From contig DATKLE010000057.1 of assembly GCA_035542575.1 (NCBI GenBank), positions 1,627-65,626 on the forward strand: a stretch of DNA of 64,000 nucleotides, read 5' to 3'. The notes beneath the pieces are model-generated. The model was not told where the DNA came from and ran no database searches. It saw nothing but the letters and a program-made list of their open reading frames with translations. The DNA is from Terriglobales bacterium. GTDB lineage: Bacteria > Acidobacteriota > Terriglobia > Terriglobales > Acidobacteriaceae. Shown here in pieces: positions 61,352 through 64,000 of the stretch. Positions within the stretch are counted from its first letter, which is position 1. The number at the start of each line of letters is the position of its first letter. Both the position numbers and the translations under genes were made by a program.

Positions 61352-64000
61352 ATGTCATCTCCGACATTCGCCACCCGGGCGCAGCTCGCAAAGTCGGCCA
61401 CCGTGGATGCCTCCGCTCTGGCCGCAAGCCTGCGCCGTCACCTGCGCGGCGAGGTGCGTTTCGACAAGGGCAGCCGCGCCCTCTACGCCACCGACGGCTC
61501 CAGCTATCGCCAGGTCCCCATCGGGGTCGTGGTTCCCCGCGATCTCGACGATGTCATAGCCACAGTCGCTTTGGCGCGCGAGTTTGGCGCGCCCATCCTG
61601 TGCCGCGGCGGAGGAACATCGCTGGCCGGACAGTGCTGCAATGTAGCTGTCGTGATCGACATGTCGAAATACCTGGACGGGATTTTGCAAGTTGATCCCG
61701 TGCGCCGCCTCGCACGCGTCCAGCCCGGCGTGGTTCTGGATCACTTGCGCAACGCGGCGGAGCGGCATCACCTGACCTTCGGGCCCGACCCCGCCACCCA
61801 CGATCGCTGCACCCTCGGAGGTATGATCGGCAACAACTCCTGCGGCGTGCACTCCATCATGGCGGGCAAGACCGACGACAATGTCGAGGAACTCGAGGTC
61901 CTCACCTATGACGGCCTGCGCATGCGGGTGGGGCAAACCAGTACCGAGCTCTTGGAGCAGATCATCCGTGAAGGCGGGCGCCGCGGCCAGATTTACGCCG
62001 GACTGAAGGCGCTTGCGGCGAAATATGGGGAGTTGATACGCCAGCGGTATCCCAACATTCCACGCCGCGTCTCCGGATACAACCTGAATTACCTGCTTGC
62101 GGAAAACGGGTTTCATGTCGCCCGCGCGCTGGTGGGATCGGAAGGCACTTGCGTCACCATTCTGGCAGCCACCTGCCGTCTGGTGGAGAGCCCGCCGGAG
62201 CGTGTGCTGCTTGTCATTGCCTGGCCCGACATTTATCAGTGTGCGGACCACGTCCCCGAGATCATGGCGCACAAACCCATCGGCCTCGAAGGCATGGACG
62301 ATCTGCTGATCGAGTACATGAAGCGAAAAAAACTCGATCTTCCGGGGCTTGCCGTGCTGCCCGAAGGCGGAGGCTGGCTGCTGGCGGAATTTGGCGGCTC
62401 GACGCAACAAGAAGCGGAGGCGCAGGCCCGCGGCCTGATGGAATCGCTCGCAGGCAGCACCTCGCCGCCCCAGATGCGGCTGTTCACCGACAAGCAGCAG
62501 GTGAAGCGCGTCTGGGAGGTCCGCGAATCCGGTCTGGGCGCGACTTCGCACGTTCCCGGCGAGCCGTTGACCTGGGAGGGCTGGGAAGACGCCGCCGTCG
62601 CTCCCGAGAATCTTGGCAAGTACCTGCGCGACTTCCGCAAGCTGATGGCGGGCTACGGCTACCGCGGCGTGCTCTATGGACACTTCGGGCACGCCTGTGT
62701 CCATACGCGCATTAACTTCGACATGCAGTCGCGGGAGGGGGTTCGCACTTACCGCAAGTTCGTCGAAGAGTGCGCCGACATGGTTGTCGGCTACGGTGGC
62801 TCGCTCTCCGGCGAGCACGGCGATGGCCAGTCGCGCGCCGAGTTGCTTCCGCGAATGTTTGGTCGCGAACTTGTGCAGGCCTTTAGTGAATTCAAGGCGC
62901 TTTGGGATCCGGATTGGAAGATGAATCCCGGCAAAGTGGTCGAGCCGTACCGCCTGGACGAGAATCTGCGGCCGGGTGTTGATGCCCCGGTGGTGGTCCG
63001 TCCGACGCACTTTCAGTTTCCGGACGATAAGGGAGATCTTGCGCTTGCCACCCTGCGCTGCGTGGGAGTGGGCAAGTGCCGCCGCGACGAGGGCGGCGTG
63101 ATGTGTCCCAGCTTCCGCGCTACCCGCGACGAAGAGCACTCCACCCGAGGGCGCGCGCACCTGCTGTGGGAGATGACTCGCGGCGACGTCCTTCGCGACG
63201 GCTGGCGCGACGAGCACGTCAAAGACTCGCTCGACCTCTGCCTCTCCTGCAAAGGCTGCAAGAGCGATTGCCCCGTTGGCGTGGATGTCGCCACCTACAA
63301 AGCGGAGTTCCTGTCGCACTACTACCAGGGCCGGATCCGTCCGCGCAGCGCCTATGCTTTCGGCAATATTGATCTGTGGGCGCGACTGGCCTCGCATGCG
63401 CCGGGGCTGGCGAATCTGGCGACGCAGTTGCCCTTCCTGCGCGAAATCTCCAAGTTGGTGGCGGGAATGCCACTGCATCGGAGCATTCCGGCCTTCGCGC
63501 CGCAAACCTTCCGCGACTGGTTCGCGCGCCGGGCACCGCGCCCTGACGGCAGTCCGGTCGTGCTGTGGCCGGACACGTTCAACAACTACTTGCTTCCGCA
63601 CACCGCCCAGGCCGCCGTCGAAGTTCTGGAAGCCGCCGGTTTCCGCGTGCTGCTGCCGCTGGCGCCCCTCTGCTGCGGACGCCCACTCTACGACTTCGGC
63701 ATGCTCGACCGCGCCAAGCGCCTGCTGCTCGACACGCTCGACACCCTGGCCATCGAGATCGAAGCCGGCATGCCGGTCATCGTCCTCGAGCCAAGCTGCG
63801 CCGCGGTCTTTCGCGACGAGCTGGTCAATCTTTTTCCCAACGACGCCCGCGCCCGCCGCCTGTCCGAGCGCACCTTCCTGCTCAGCGAGTTTCTGGAAAA
63901 AGAAGCTACGGGATTCCAGCCGCCCCGGCTCGATCGCAAGGCCCTGGTCCACGGCCACTGCCATCACAAGTCGGTGATGAAGATGACCGACGAGGAATCG
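61352..64000 (+). CDS. FAD-binding and (Fe-S)-binding oxidoreductase (GlcD-like FAD domain plus 4Fe-4S plus CCG domains, YdiJ-like), 3'-truncated by the window end
   Basis: This ORF is not in the supplied track because it has no in-window stop. My own translation from the ATG at 61352 gives MSSPTFATRAQL...YATDGSSYRQVPIGVVVPRDLDDV...LCRGGGTSLAGQ. Further on it gives CVGVGKCRR...CPSF, CLSCKGCKSDCP and LCCGRPLYDFG. The frame is open to 64000. Confidence 0.88.
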   Translation, partial: MSSPTFATRAQLAKSATVDASALAASLRRHLRGEVRFDKGSRALYATDGSSYRQVPIGVVVPRDLDDVIATVALAREFGAPILCRGGGTSLAGQCCNVAVVIDMSKYLDGILQVDPVRRLARVQPGVVLDHLRNAAERHHLTFGPDPATHDRCTLGGMIGNNSCGVHSIMAGKTDDNVEELEVLTYDGLRMRVGQTSTELLEQIIREGGRRGQIYAGLKALAAKYGELIRQRYPNIPRRVSGYNLNYLLAENGFHVARALVGSEGTCVTILAATCRLVESPPERVLLVIAWPDIYQCADHVPEIMAHKPIGLEGMDDLLIEYMKRKKLDLPGLAVLPEGGGWLLAEFGGSTQQEAEAQARGLMESLAGSTSPPQMRLFTDKQQVKRVWEVRESGLGATSHVPGEPLTWEGWEDAAVAPENLGKYLRDFRKLMAGYGYRGVLYGHFGHACVHTRINFDMQSREGVRTYRKFVEECADMVVGYGGSLSGEHGDGQSRAELLPRMFGRELVQAFSEFKALWDPDWKMNPGKVVEPYRLDENLRPGVDAPVVVRPTHFQFPDDKGDLALATLRCVGVGKCRRDEGGVMCPSFRATRDEEHSTRGRAHLLWEMTRGDVLRDGWRDEHVKDSLDLCLSCKGCKSDCPVGVDVATYKAEFLSHYYQGRIRPRSAYAFGNIDLWARLASHAPGLANLATQLPFLREISKLVAGMPLHRSIPAFAPQTFRDWFARRAPRPDGSPVVLWPDTFNNYLLPHTAQAAVEVLEAAGFRVLLPLAPLCCGRPLYDFGMLDRAKRLLLDTLDTLAIEIEAGMPVIVLEPSCAAVFRDELVNLFPNDARARRLSERTFLLSEFLEKEATGFQPPRLDRKALVHGHCHHKSVMKMTDEES

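Noticed and set aside
61355-63967. 870-aa ORF on the minus strand, the longest unexplained ORF in the track
   Set aside because: It is codon-aligned antisense to a clearly recognisable FAD/Fe-S oxidoreductase gene on the plus strand (61352..>64000). The product is low-complexity (R/A/G/Q-rich) and motif-free, so this is a classic GC-rich shadow ORF.

Overview
This is a visibly GC-rich bacterial chromosomal segment with strong G/C preference at third codon positions. Gene content and protein architectures suggest Acidobacteriota. That is an inference from a PadR plus duplicated FtsX 'ADOP'-type permease pair, several Ser/Thr-kinase and TPR fusion proteins, and an ACIII-caa3 respiratory cluster. 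I call about 50 protein genes, almost all housekeeping or envelope functions: FMN reductase, two membrane Ser/Thr kinases, dGTPase-like, purH, gdh, trpE, trpG, efp, acylphosphatase, apt, GTP-PEPCK, purN, a TlpA-like thioredoxin, tyrS, a DAG-kinase-like lipid kinase, sppA, IHF/HU, pgeF, an S10 peptidase, a DUF3857/transglutaminase/TPR protein, an amidase and an aldehyde dehydrogenase. A colinear 12-gene respiratory block actABCDEF-orf-sco-coxBACD runs from about 47.8 to 60.6 kb. A 3'-truncated FAD/Fe-S oxidoreductase runs off the window end. I found no rRNA, tRNA, CRISPR array, transposase, integrase or phage genes. All product calls rest on motif recognition by eye, with no database search. 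I did not find a convincing novel multi-gene defence or mobile system. The most unusual signals are non-coding or sub-genic. (1) A family of 3'-end hairpins has arms built from locus-specific tandem heptanucleotide repeats. (2) A ~240-nt in-frame block of four GCTRAAGC-looped stem-loops plus heptamer repeats sits inside the lipid-kinase gene. (3) A 153-bp structured inverted-repeat element splits actA from actB. (4) An uncharacterised single-TM ORF is translationally coupled to actF. (5) EF-P appears to carry Asn at the normally modified loop-tip position. (6) A radical-SAM gene is followed by two small unknown ORFs. Many long ORFs in the supplied track, including the 870-aa ORF at 61355..63967, are antisense shadow ORFs and were rejected.
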